Assembly: GCA_022842925.1 (NCBI GenBank)
Contig: JALHOQ010000003.1
Coordinates: forward strand, 1-48,199
Reading direction: 5' to 3'
Source: Bdellovibrionales bacterium
GTDB taxonomy: Bacteria; Bdellovibrionota; Bdellovibrionia; Bdellovibrionales; UBA1609
Length of the DNA: 48,199 nt
Shown here: one piece after another, positions 28,198 to 36,195 of the stretch
Layout of the letters: every line of letters begins with the position of its first letter
Position numbering within the stretch: the stretch's first letter is position 1
Made by a program: the position numbers and the translations under genes
Notes under the pieces: generated by a model
Database searches by the model: none
Told to the model about the DNA's origin: nothing
What the model saw: the letters and a program-made list of their open reading frames with translations, nothing else

Positions 28198-28608
28198 TTA
28201 GCGGCCATCCTCGCGGAGGCCTTTACATTCGCCGATCTCAACTCTAACTATTTTGTTAGCGATATTCTGAATGTACGCCGTAGCGTAAGTCGAATGTTCG
28301 CACACGATCATATCGACTGCAGGTTGATCGATCTGTGCTAGGACCGAAAGCGCGGTCACAAGTCCGTGCGTATTGCAGTTCGCTTTGTAGACCTCATTCT
28401 TTTGTAGCATGAGAACTCGATTTATCTCTTGTGCCCTTTCGAGCGGAACCTTTTTTCCTTTTTCCCGCATAATCCTCGGTATTGCCATTTCACCGTTGTC
28501 CATGCCGTCAGAAGGCCCACAGGAAGGGATTGCAGCAAGTGAGGGGACGGACGCTACCGCGAGAAAAAAATTCAGACTCGTCAAAAACAAAGCTAGCCCA
28601 TATCGCAT
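28198..28608 (-). CDS. small exported protein (136 aa)
   Basis: Signal peptide MRYGLALFLTSLNFFLAVASVPSLAA. Several Cys residues. Confidence 0.55.
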   Translation of the reverse strand: MRYGLALFLTSLNFFLAVASVPSLAAIPSCGPSDGMDNGEMAIPRIMREKGKKVPLERAQEINRVLMLQKNEVYKANCNTHGLVTALSVLAQIDQPAVDMIVCEHSTYATAYIQNIANKIVRVEIGECKGLREDGR

Positions 28609-28687
28609 GTACTTCTCTCCTGTTTGATTAGCGAAAGTGATTTCAATTCTTGTGCCGGTCGGACCGTCTGATAGTAAATCCCTCGTT

Positions 28688-28929
28688 TGATTCGTGATGG
28701 CTACAGGACAAAAAAAGTTGTTCCTACTGAAATCGAGTCCCTGCGTATGGAAAACCCCGTTAGCGAGCGCGAGAAGTTTTATCGGCGCCCAAGCGATGGC
28801 TGGGGCCGAATCTTAGAACTCAAAATTGAAAACAACTACGTGACTCTCAAATCCTCTGGAAAAGATCGCGAGATGGGAACCGCGGACGATTTTATCGCGG
28901 CTGAAGGTGCGCTGGACGAGGCCCTTTAA
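28688..28929 (+). pseudogene. promoterless copy of the 3' (pseudopilin-G-like domain) end of gene 29057-30247
   Basis: About 97 percent nucleotide identity to 30006-30247, with 3 aa differences. Homology starts abruptly at GATTCGTGATGGC. No signal or TM region and no credible RBS. Confidence 0.7.
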
Positions 28930-28990
28930 CTCGGCCAGGGCCGAGCTCGCACTCTGTGCGTACAGAGGTCGAACTCTGCCCGGGCCGAGT
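28928..28990. repeat. composite REP element, degenerate
   Basis: AACTCGGCCAGGGCCGAGCTCGCACTCTGTGCGTACAGAGGTCGAACTCTGCCCGGGCCGAG. Confidence 0.65.
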
Positions 28991-29056
28991 AGGCCTCTAA
29001 AATGGCACATGCCTTGCTGACTCGCCTAAGGAACAAGCTCAAACAGGTGGCCCCCC

Positions 29057-30247
29057 ATGCTGAATGTAAAATCTATGTCTCCGGCCTTTAAGTGGACACT
29101 TTCGATTGTGCTCTTCCTAGGCCTAATAGCTTTTACCGCTGATAAAGTCGGCTTCACAGATAGGCTTATAAGCCCGCAAGTCGAGACAAAGGCTGGAGAA
29201 GAGGCCTTCACCGATTCGATTATAAAAAGGCTCTTTGAAAAGTTTGATAATGCAATACCTCGCCTCTTTCCCGAAACCCAAGATCTCGATCGCGCCATTA
29301 AGAGTTACCGGAGTGCTAAGACTCAAGCCGAGCGCACGGAACGGGCGTACGACCTAATCGCTTTAAAAAGCCGGCTTGAAGTGCGTGGGAGCACGGTAAC
29401 ACCTGAGCAACAGCTGGCTTATGACCGAGCCCTTCAACAAATTCAGTGGGCCGCCCAAGTGGCCGAGTACTATTCCAAAAAAATTCCTGAAAGCAGCATT
29501 GGTAATATCGACTTGAAGTTTGGCAGTCGCCTTGAGTCTATTCCGTCGGACAAAGCAAAAAAACTCTTGGCCGCGAGTTTTTCTTCCACCAAAGGAGAAT
29601 GCTCCGAGGCTCAAATGCAGAGCCTTCGCCAAAATCACGACGAAGAATGGCTGGCCATGAACTTGCCTGGGTTGATGAGGATTCTTTTGCTGATGCAAAT
29701 CGATATTGACCGGAAGGTGGCTACAGCCTTGAAAATGCCGTTGCTCAATTCGGTGCCTGATGAGAATCATCGTCAGGTTATTGAGTCGGTGTATAAGATT
29801 CGCGACGCCAGCGCTGAGGCCAACAAGCCTGAGGAAGAAAGTCGCAAGACTATCCTTATGGACTTTTTCGACGGCAAAAACAAAGATCTAGGTTTTACTA
29901 TTTACGCTGCAGCACCCGGCTGTTTTCAGGGCAAGAACGTCGTGGCTTTTGTGGCCATGATCCATCGGCTGACCACAGATCTGAGAGCGAAGTATCTTCT
30001 AGATGTGATTCGTGATGGCTACAGGACAAAAAAAGTTCTTCCGACTGAAATCGAGTCCCTGCGTATGGAAAACCCCGTTAGCGAGCGCGAGAAGTTTTAT
30101 CGGCGCCCAAGCGATGGCTGGGGCCGAACCTTAGAGCTCAAAATTGAAAACAACTACGTGACTCTCAAATCCTCTGGAATAGATCGCGAGATGGGAACCG
30201 CGGACGATTTTATCGCGGCTGAAGGTGCGCTGGACGAGGCCCTCTAA
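29057..30247 (+). CDS. membrane-anchored protein with C-terminal type II secretion pseudopilin G (T2SS_G)-like domain
   Basis: N-terminal TM segment WTLSIVLFLGLIAFTA, with no prepilin G/FTLxE site. The C-terminal IRDGYRTKKVLPTEIESL...RRPSDGWGRTLELKIENNYVTLKSSGIDREMGTADDFI follows the GspG pattern (YrldnGrYP...DPWG..Y...l.S.G.DG...DDI). Confidence 0.55.
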   Translation: MLNVKSMSPAFKWTLSIVLFLGLIAFTADKVGFTDRLISPQVETKAGEEAFTDSIIKRLFEKFDNAIPRLFPETQDLDRAIKSYRSAKTQAERTERAYDLIALKSRLEVRGSTVTPEQQLAYDRALQQIQWAAQVAEYYSKKIPESSIGNIDLKFGSRLESIPSDKAKKLLAASFSSTKGECSEAQMQSLRQNHDEEWLAMNLPGLMRILLLMQIDIDRKVATALKMPLLNSVPDENHRQVIESVYKIRDASAEANKPEEESRKTILMDFFDGKNKDLGFTIYAAAPGCFQGKNVVAFVAMIHRLTTDLRAKYLLDVIRDGYRTKKVLPTEIESLRMENPVSEREKFYRRPSDGWGRTLELKIENNYVTLKSSGIDREMGTADDFIAAEGALDEAL

Positions 30248-30265
30248 CTCGGCCAGGGCCGAGTT
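30246..30265. repeat. REP-like palindrome (GC-type variant)
   Basis: AACTCGGCCAGGGCCGAGTT overlapping the stop codon of 29057-30247. Confidence 0.6.
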
Positions 30266-30319
30266 AGAGTACGTGACGGCGCGCCTTGGCGATGCATGGG
30301 GATTCTGATCATTTAAATC

Positions 30320-30727
30320 ATGCCATTCATTCTGCTTTTTCTCATTTCTGCGGCCACGACTCAGTCGCGAGAAGCCGAAAAGAAAACCTGCACGATCGTT
30401 CATTCGATTTCAGGATCAGGTATCATCGGCAGCATACATTCCACTCCTCGAACCAAGGCCGGATGCGAAGCCGACTGTAATAAAGGTAAACGGCGGACCA
30501 AGTCCGATGAAACGGCCTGCGCCTGGGACAATAACGAATTTTTTCGCGATGGGATGGCGGGTATGCAAGATGTGGCCATTCGGGCGAAGTGCCAAATCCG
30601 ATGGTCTGACGGATATTCCGTTCGCGAATGGGATGAAGTCCCCCAGCGCTGCCAAGACAAATGTTCACGCGCGGCCACGCTCCGTTCAAGCGGTCCCGTG
30701 AGCTGCAAATGGGGAGAACGACAATGA
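30320..30727 (+). CDS. small exported Cys-repeat protein (135 aa)
   Basis: N-terminus MPFILLFLISAATTQS. Two CxxxC...CxW modules (GCEADCNKGKRRTKSDETACAW and RCQDKCSRAATLRSSGPVSCKW). Confidence 0.55.
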   Translation: MPFILLFLISAATTQSREAEKKTCTIVHSISGSGIIGSIHSTPRTKAGCEADCNKGKRRTKSDETACAWDNNEFFRDGMAGMQDVAIRAKCQIRWSDGYSVREWDEVPQRCQDKCSRAATLRSSGPVSCKWGERQ

Positions 30728-30770
30728 CCTTCCGAATCTGCGCGGCCGCTGCCTGGCTCTAGACGACTCA

Positions 30771-31058
30771 ATGGATATCGATCACAAGAAGTTCGTGTAT
30801 CTAGGAGAGTCCTTGCTCAAAAACGATTGCCGGGACAAGTGCGCTAAGACCGGGCAAAAAATCTGCACGTGGAACGCGACGGACGTCCTTACGGGCTCCG
30901 ACGCCGGCGGATGTGCGACTTGGCAGAATAATATTCTGTTCAATGAGCGCGAGGTCCTGGTCACCAAAAAAATGTGCGACTACTTTTGCCAACTCAATGG
31001 CCCCCACGCTAAAGGCACAATCTGCACCTTTAAGGGCCAAGCCTTCTATACTTTTTAA
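30771..31058 (+). CDS. Cys-repeat protein fragment (95 aa, no signal peptide), same module as 30320-30727
   Basis: Modules DCRDKCAKTGQKICTW and MCDYFCQLNGPHAKGTICTF. It is in a different frame from the upstream gene, so it may be the frameshifted continuation of it. Confidence 0.4.
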   Translation: MDIDHKKFVYLGESLLKNDCRDKCAKTGQKICTWNATDVLTGSDAGGCATWQNNILFNEREVLVTKKMCDYFCQLNGPHAKGTICTFKGQAFYTF

Positions 31059-31062
31059 TGAG

Positions 31063-31082
31063 GAACTCTGTACGTACAGAGT
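31063..31082. repeat. REP-like palindrome (TGTACGTACA-type)
   Basis: AACTCTGTACGTACAGAGTT, 5 nt after the stop at 31058. Confidence 0.75.
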
Positions 31083-31252
31083 TTTAGCCAAGCACGCAGC
31101 GCGTGCCGAATCAGCTTTCCGAAATTCGAGTCTCGAAAAATCCATCATAGTGGGCCAAACCCCTTCTGAATCGCTTTAGACATGGCATAGCCCCTGCTTA
31201 GTTCCCCTCCGCGACGAGGAATCAACCTCCGAATTCATCGAAAGTGGGAATT

Positions 31253-31990
31253 ATGAAATTTACATCTGTATGTTTGCTGACCTTCGCCCTGTTCCTCACC
31301 GCCTGTGCGGACAATAAATCTGCGGCGCCGGCGCCAACAAAGGTGGCTAGAGACGCCAATGGAAACTGCACTCCGGAAGTCAAAGCGGATCTAAAGGAGG
31401 TTTTGGAATTGAATCAGACCTTTCTCGGCCGCCTAGCAGGCGAGCTGGAAGATATGGCTGACGAATCCAAAAAAGATGCGGCCCATCAGCGCGTTGAGGG
31501 AATGACCAACGAATTAAAAGCCAAGATCGAAGGTTTTCGACAGACATACGGCGACTTCACCTGTCGCGACGAAAACTCGGGCCAGCAGATCAGCTCAGCT
31601 CCACTTTATAAGATCATTGACGACATGAATGCCAAGTTGAATGAACCGCAAAAAGTGCCGATTGCGAAAGACGGCGAGTGCGCGGCGGGCTTCACGGCCG
31701 ATCACAAGAAAATGCAGCGCGATTCAATGACTCACCTTAAAGCCCTGATGGAAAATCTGCCGATTGTAATGCGTAAGGTTCAGTCCGGTTTGGATTCGAC
31801 CGCCGAACAGAATTTGATCCGTGACGCCAGCCGCGGGGCACTTGGCCTGATCGAGGGCTTTCGCGCGAAGTATCCGGGCGAGTACGCTTGTAACCTGATC
31901 AATGAACGCGGCGAACCTCAGGTCGTCAGTTCCGAGGAGATGGACAAGGTCATCCGTGAGATGCGCACGAATCTGAACAAGTTGAAGTAA
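31253..31990 (+). CDS. lipoprotein with an internal two-fold repeat
   Basis: MKFTSVCLLTFALFLTAC has the lipobox LTAC. Two ~100-aa halves each run from a Cys to ...IEGFR(Q/A)(T/K)YG(D/E)(F/Y)(T/A)C...(I/M)(D/R)(D/E)M...KLN. Confidence 0.75.
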   Translation: MKFTSVCLLTFALFLTACADNKSAAPAPTKVARDANGNCTPEVKADLKEVLELNQTFLGRLAGELEDMADESKKDAAHQRVEGMTNELKAKIEGFRQTYGDFTCRDENSGQQISSAPLYKIIDDMNAKLNEPQKVPIAKDGECAAGFTADHKKMQRDSMTHLKALMENLPIVMRKVQSGLDSTAEQNLIRDASRGALGLIEGFRAKYPGEYACNLINERGEPQVVSSEEMDKVIREMRTNLNKLK

Positions 31991-32010
31991 CCCGATGAGT
32001 GGCCAGCGCC

Positions 32011-32031
32011 CCGAGCGCTGGCCGAAGCTCT
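32011..32031 (+). terminator. stem-loop after the lipoprotein gene
   Basis: GCCAGCGC-cccga-GCGCTGGC (8-bp GC-rich stem), 21 nt after the stop. Only a weak T tract follows (CGAAGCTCTTT). Confidence 0.4.
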
Positions 32032-32042
32032 TTAACTCGGCC

Positions 32043-32067
32043 CGGGCCAAGCTCGAACAGTCACCCG
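32043..32067. repeat. REP-like palindrome (GC-type)
   Basis: AACTCGGCCCGGGCCAAGCTCGAAC between the convergent genes 31253-31990 and 32106-33044. Confidence 0.6.
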
Positions 32068-32105
32068 AGAGCACGGCGCGCGGATCACGCCCTATCTCAG
32101 GACCC

Positions 32106-33044
32106 TCACGGCAATCGTCTCTCCAATCTCTCTCTACAAACTTCCGCGAGGCGATCGAAGGCCTTTTGTTTCACCAGATCGGCTTTCACAGTCAAAAAAA
32201 CTTTTTGATCAACGGCTTTGAGTCCTCTTACCGGCACATCCACAAGGGAAATCTCACCCGCCACCGACTGGGCCACCAGATTCGGCAGAAAGCCCAATTG
32301 GTCACTCTGCGCCACAATCTGCGCCGCGCCTATTGCCGTCGCGGTTTCAGTTCCTCTTCTGCGCCTTTGAATCGGAATTGGAAAATAGTCGTTTCCACGG
32401 CGAATGCCTTCGGCAGTCCAGTAGATGGGATAAACGAAACGATATTTCAGAGCCTCCTTCAACGTCGGCTTTTTGAAAATCGGATGATTCATTCTGGCGT
32501 AAAGCGACCAACGCACGATTCCCACTTGCACCGACACCCACGTTTTGGGCCATTCCAGGTCCTCGAGGTGAACGCACACGGAGAACCCGTTACGAAGAGC
32601 GACGGGAAGAAACTGACTCGGCGGTAGATCCAATATTTGGACCTGGCCAAATTCTTGCGCTCCTTCCAGGGAGCCGAGAACATCGGGCAAAAAGCGAGAG
32701 GAGAAAAATGACGTTGTAGCGATGGTGAAGGGACTTCCCTCTGAACTCGCCCCCATCTGGCTTGCGATACGCAGCTGGTTGTTGCGAATGGACTCCAGAA
32801 ACGGAAGGACCTCGGTTCCGTATGCGGTCAAAGATATGCCATTGACCGAACGATGAATCAAGGGGCGCCCGATTCGCCTCTCCATGGTGCGAATGATTTT
32901 TGAAATCTGGCCCGGAGGCAATCCCGACTGCCGCGATAATTCCCGCATCGATCGGACCCGGATCAGGTCTAAAAAAAGCGAAATCTCTTTGAGTCTTAAC
33001 CCATCTGTTTTTTGAACATCCATATGTTGTAGAAAATGTAACAC
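32106..33044 (-). CDS. LysR-family transcriptional regulator
   Basis: N-terminal HTH LKEISLFLDLIRVRSMRELSRQSGLPPGQISKIIRTMERRIGRPLIHRSVNGISLTAYG and a ~200-aa substrate-binding-type C-terminal domain. The start may be the Met at 33023. Confidence 0.85.
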   Translation of the reverse strand: MLHFLQHMDVQKTDGLRLKEISLFLDLIRVRSMRELSRQSGLPPGQISKIIRTMERRIGRPLIHRSVNGISLTAYGTEVLPFLESIRNNQLRIASQMGASSEGSPFTIATTSFFSSRFLPDVLGSLEGAQEFGQVQILDLPPSQFLPVALRNGFSVCVHLEDLEWPKTWVSVQVGIVRWSLYARMNHPIFKKPTLKEALKYRFVYPIYWTAEGIRRGNDYFPIPIQRRRRGTETATAIGAAQIVAQSDQLGFLPNLVAQSVAGEISLVDVPVRGLKAVDQKVFLTVKADLVKQKAFDRLAEVCRERLERRLP

Positions 33045-33103
33045 ATGTTTCTTATTTTGCTAGCTCGTGCTCAAAGACAAATTGAGATAGAAATTAATTC
33101 AGT

Positions 33104-33123
33104 GAAGCGAATTTTCTCGCTTC
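33104..33123. promoter_or_regulatory. inverted repeat in the LysR/Tat-protein divergent region
   Basis: GAAGCGA-attttc-TCGCTTC flanked by T and A, 16 nt upstream of the ATG at 33139. Candidate LysR site or 5'-UTR hairpin. Confidence 0.35.
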
Positions 33124-33138
33124 AAAAGTGGAGGGATT

Positions 33139-33504
33139 ATGAATAGACGACAATTGATTCAAACAGGCGCCCTTTTTGGAGCGACCATGGCCTTGCCCAA
33201 ACTAGCCCGCGCGCAAAGTGCCGAACCCGTGGCTGGCCGCCAAATTGAGTTGAGCACGGTTATCGGGAGCAATCACCGACATGCCCTTGAACTGACCGCA
33301 GCTGACGCGCTCCAAATGATGCGAGACACCCAGGGCGGAGAGCGCCAGTCGGTTAATATTCAGGGACAGAGTTCACATCCGCATACGATTTCACTTAGTC
33401 ATGAGGAGATTCTGCAATTGTTCATTGCCGGCCAATTGACGCTGACCTCGACTGAAGATTTTGGCCACGCCCATGAGCTCCAGTTAACTCTTAACATTGT
33501 TTGA
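33139..33504 (+). CDS. small Tat-exported His-rich protein (121 aa)
   Basis: Twin-arginine leader MNRRQLIQTGALFGATMALPKLARA. Three spaced HxH motifs (HRH, HPH, HAH). RBS GGAGGG. Confidence 0.7.
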   Translation: MNRRQLIQTGALFGATMALPKLARAQSAEPVAGRQIELSTVIGSNHRHALELTAADALQMMRDTQGGERQSVNIQGQSSHPHTISLSHEEILQLFIAGQLTLTSTEDFGHAHELQLTLNIV

Positions 33505-33610
33505 TTTGCCTCCCGGGACATCCCCGCTGAGGCATGGGCAGCAGTCTTGCCAGGTCAACCCGTTCGAGGCAATACCGCTATCAGGGCATCGATAAATCTG
33601 ACTCTAACAA

Positions 33611-33657
33611 GGCCGAGAAAACTCTGTACGTACAGAGTTTACTCGGCCCGGGCCAAG
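33611..33657. repeat. composite REP element (TGTACGTACA-type then GC-type)
   Basis: GGCCGAG-AAACTCTGTACGTACAGAGTTT-ACTCGGCCCGGGCCAAG. The order of modules is opposite to the 27633 and 35370 copies. Confidence 0.8.
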
Positions 33658-33700
33658 CGCGATCTTGAGCACAGCCTTTGCAAACTCACGACTTCATTAT

Positions 33701-35365
33701 ATGAACTCAAAAGTACGCACGAGCCTCGGCCTTAAGGCCGTAATTATTTCTCTTTCAGTCTCATTTTGTTCACCAGTCTATGCTTCTTGTGAAGACGCCC
33801 TCGGCGCACCCCGCACGACTTTGCACTTTCCGCGGGAGCTGAAGATTGACGAAAAATGGATGCCGTTGGCCATTACGACGCATAGACAAGGGCCTATCGT
33901 AGCAAAGCTGGGCAGTCTCTTTGCCAAGGCCGAAACCGTGAGTGGGTTTTGGTCGGAAGTCGCACTCGCCGTGGTGGAGCCCGTCGAAGCGCACTACCCG
34001 TTTCCTTTAACCGAGCGTCTGTTGATGAACCTGGGACTGGCGGTCACGCCATCTGAGCAAGAGCGGGTCGAGGCCCTGGTCCCCAAGCTGATCTTGCATT
34101 TCGCGGAAGTCTTGGATGAGGAGGAAATCGTGCTTCTCGCCCACCTCCTACGTGGGCGGCCGGTGAATACCAAGACCTCGGCGGAGCGCGTTCCCCTTAA
34201 ACTGAGCGACTTTGAAGAATCCGTCGCAACCAATCCTTTAATTACGATTCCCTTTGATCGCTGGCTCTCAATTCAAAAATTTATCGTCTCCCATCCGGTT
34301 TATCGCGAATACATGGCAAGCCTGCTTGCAAGCGACGGCTTTGTTGCGGCCATCATGCGGGCCGCCGAATACCCGTTGGACGAGATTGACGACGAGACCA
34401 TTCGCACCACGCGGGAGAGCCTTGGCGCAGCGGACCGACTGACTCGTAAAAAGACAAAAGGCATAAAGGTTTCAGCAGAAATAAACACCTACACCGTCGT
34501 TACCATGTCATTTGTCGGTCTGGTTCAGGAGGCCATGAGGAAACCGGAACTGCGGCCCAAGCTTGAGGCCGATCCCCGAGCCATACTGGAAGAGCTCGAG
34601 GAAATATTTATTCCCGTGTTTAAAGTGAGATCCGACATCGAAACGTACATTCGAGCCGTTGATTTCTTTATGTGGGATACACCAGTACCGGAATCGGCCG
34701 AGTCAATGCGGCAGGTGGCCCTCGATGCCGCTCGCAGTCTGATTCTCGATTTCAAAGGCGAGTTGTCACGTTTTAAAGCGAATGCAACTCTTGAAGAGAA
34801 ACGGGCGCAAGCCGCCTCACGAGTGACCTCCATCGGCGAAATCAAAACGTTGAACCCGTTTGTGGTGGCGCCCTTGGCAAAACAGCGGGTCAAGACTCGC
34901 GGCACCGCCCGACCTGCGGAGGCGGCCGGGCCCCTCGAAGCGGTAAAGCAAAACGATCTCTTCGAACTGACTCACTTCAGTCGGGACGCAGGCCCCTTTG
35001 TTATTGAAGACAAAGTCTACCAGTTTCAGTTCATTCGAAACGCGGCGGCCGGGCCGCAAAGCGTTCGCCTTCAGCCGGAAGCTCTGGCCGAACTGCGTGC
35101 TCTGCCTGAGCGGGAGGCTCGGCGTCTGCTGGGAGCCTTCGTGATGGGCTATACCGATCGCTCGGCGCGCGCCACGAGCGGCGTAAAACGCCTTTACCGA
35201 AACGGACAAAACCAAACCGCGCTTTATGAGGCCCGCCCTGGCCACTCCAATCAGCGGTTGATTTTGGCCCGGCCTGAAAGCGGAGAGTGGCGCATACTCG
35301 GCGTGGTCGAAAAGGCCCATTTCGACAAAGCTGTCGAGCGGCGCTTTCAGCGGCAGCAGCTTTAA
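33701..35365 (+). CDS. exported protein (554 aa) with C-terminal RelE/ParE-like toxin fold
   Basis: ATG at 33701. Signal peptide ...AVIISLSVSFCSPVYA followed by SCEDALG. The last ~95 aa (LAELRALPEREARRLLGAFVMGY...VKRLYRNGQNQTALYEARPGHSNQRLILARPESGEWRILGVVEKAHFD) follow the RelE/ParE pattern. Confidence 0.6.
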   Translation: MNSKVRTSLGLKAVIISLSVSFCSPVYASCEDALGAPRTTLHFPRELKIDEKWMPLAITTHRQGPIVAKLGSLFAKAETVSGFWSEVALAVVEPVEAHYPFPLTERLLMNLGLAVTPSEQERVEALVPKLILHFAEVLDEEEIVLLAHLLRGRPVNTKTSAERVPLKLSDFEESVATNPLITIPFDRWLSIQKFIVSHPVYREYMASLLASDGFVAAIMRAAEYPLDEIDDETIRTTRESLGAADRLTRKKTKGIKVSAEINTYTVVTMSFVGLVQEAMRKPELRPKLEADPRAILEELEEIFIPVFKVRSDIETYIRAVDFFMWDTPVPESAESMRQVALDAARSLILDFKGELSRFKANATLEEKRAQAASRVTSIGEIKTLNPFVVAPLAKQRVKTRGTARPAEAAGPLEAVKQNDLFELTHFSRDAGPFVIEDKVYQFQFIRNAAAGPQSVRLQPEALAELRALPEREARRLLGAFVMGYTDRSARATSGVKRLYRNGQNQTALYEARPGHSNQRLILARPESGEWRILGVVEKAHFDKAVERRFQRQQL

Positions 35366-35369
35366 ACCG

Positions 35370-35411
35370 CTCGGCCCGGGCCAATCTCGAACTCTGTACG
35401 TACAGAGTTCG
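35370..35411. repeat. composite REP element
   Basis: CTCGGCCCGGGCCAATCT followed by CGAACTCTGTACGTACAGAGTTCG, between the convergent genes ending at 35365 and 35431. Confidence 0.8.
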
Positions 35412-35430
35412 TCGATTAAAATAGTCTATG

Positions 35431-35784
35431 CTACTGAGCGTTCAGCGAAATCTGGGCACCTGAAGGCAGGATCAGAACCATATTCTTTACGACCTGACAG
35501 TCGCCTGAGAGCACGGCGCGCATGGTTTCACCCCCCAAGGTCACTGACAAAATGGTCTCGCCAATATCGGAATCCGTGTTTCGGCTCACCATAGTGAGTG
35601 TTCCTGCCTGACCGTTGAGCTGAAATGGCACGACCATATCCGGGCCAATTCCGCCTGTGGCTTCAAAGACCAACTGCCGTCCTGTAAGCGGGTTTATGCC
35701 AATCAAAGGTTTATTAAAGCCAATCCCCCCGGCAAACGCATGGAACGAAAAAACTGAGAGCAGTACAAGAATCATATTAGTCAT
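35431..35784 (-). CDS. small exported protein (117 aa), paralogue of 27717-28070
   Basis: Signal peptide MTNMILVLLSVFSFHAFA. Same length and about 80 percent identity to 27717-28070. Confidence 0.7.
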   Translation of the reverse strand: MTNMILVLLSVFSFHAFAGGIGFNKPLIGINPLTGRQLVFEATGGIGPDMVVPFQLNGQAGTLTMVSRNTDSDIGETILSVTLGGETMRAVLSGDCQVVKNMVLILPSGAQISLNAQ

Positions 35785-35893
35785 AAATACCTCCTCCCGT
35801 GCAGCATCGAATATCAGGTGGAGGGCGAGCTGATTGCCAAATAGCGCAAGGCTCGATAAGGTCCACCAAGTTTGGCTTGCCGGTCTTCATTGC

Positions 35894-35912
35894 GAACTCG
35901 GCCCGGGCCGAG
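35894..35912. repeat. REP-like palindrome (GC-type)
   Basis: GAACTCGGCCCGGGCCGAG, 16 nt upstream of the ATG at 35928. Confidence 0.6.
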
Positions 35913-35927
35913 CAGGGATTGTGAATT

Positions 35928-36137
35928 ATGGAAAATTGGGTTTTGTTAGGTACCTATAGCTCCGAGGCGGAAGTGCGGGTTATTCAGTCCAAGCTGGAGT
36001 CCGTGGGAATTCCCACTCATTTGATCGGCAGTCATTCCCGGGCCGCCGGGCTTATTCCTGAGATGTTGCGTTTGATGGTTCAGCCGCAGGATCTGGAGAA
36101 GGCGCGGGAGATTCTGCAAGAGAGCAGTTCCTCTTGA
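35928..36137 (+). CDS. DUF2007-domain protein (putative signal-transducing fold)
   Basis: 69 aa. WVLLGTYSSEAEVRVIQSKLESVGIPTHL is typical of the family. Confidence 0.6.
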   Translation: MENWVLLGTYSSEAEVRVIQSKLESVGIPTHLIGSHSRAAGLIPEMLRLMVQPQDLEKAREILQESSSS

Positions 36138-36175
36138 CTTGGCGGCGAACCGCTAACCCAACGAGACCCGATTAA

Positions 36176-36195
36176 AACTCTGTACGTACAGAGTT
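36176..36195. repeat. REP-like palindrome (TGTACGTACA-type)
   Basis: AACTCTGTACGTACAGAGTT. Confidence 0.75.

Noticed and set aside
33547-33735. Short ORFs containing the peptide LCTYR. These are 33547-33735, 41714-41926, 30913-31179 and the first 59 codons of 41866-42759.
   Set aside because: The shared LCTYR is simply the translation of the CTCTGTACGTACAGAG palindrome. These ORFs are artefacts of the REP elements.
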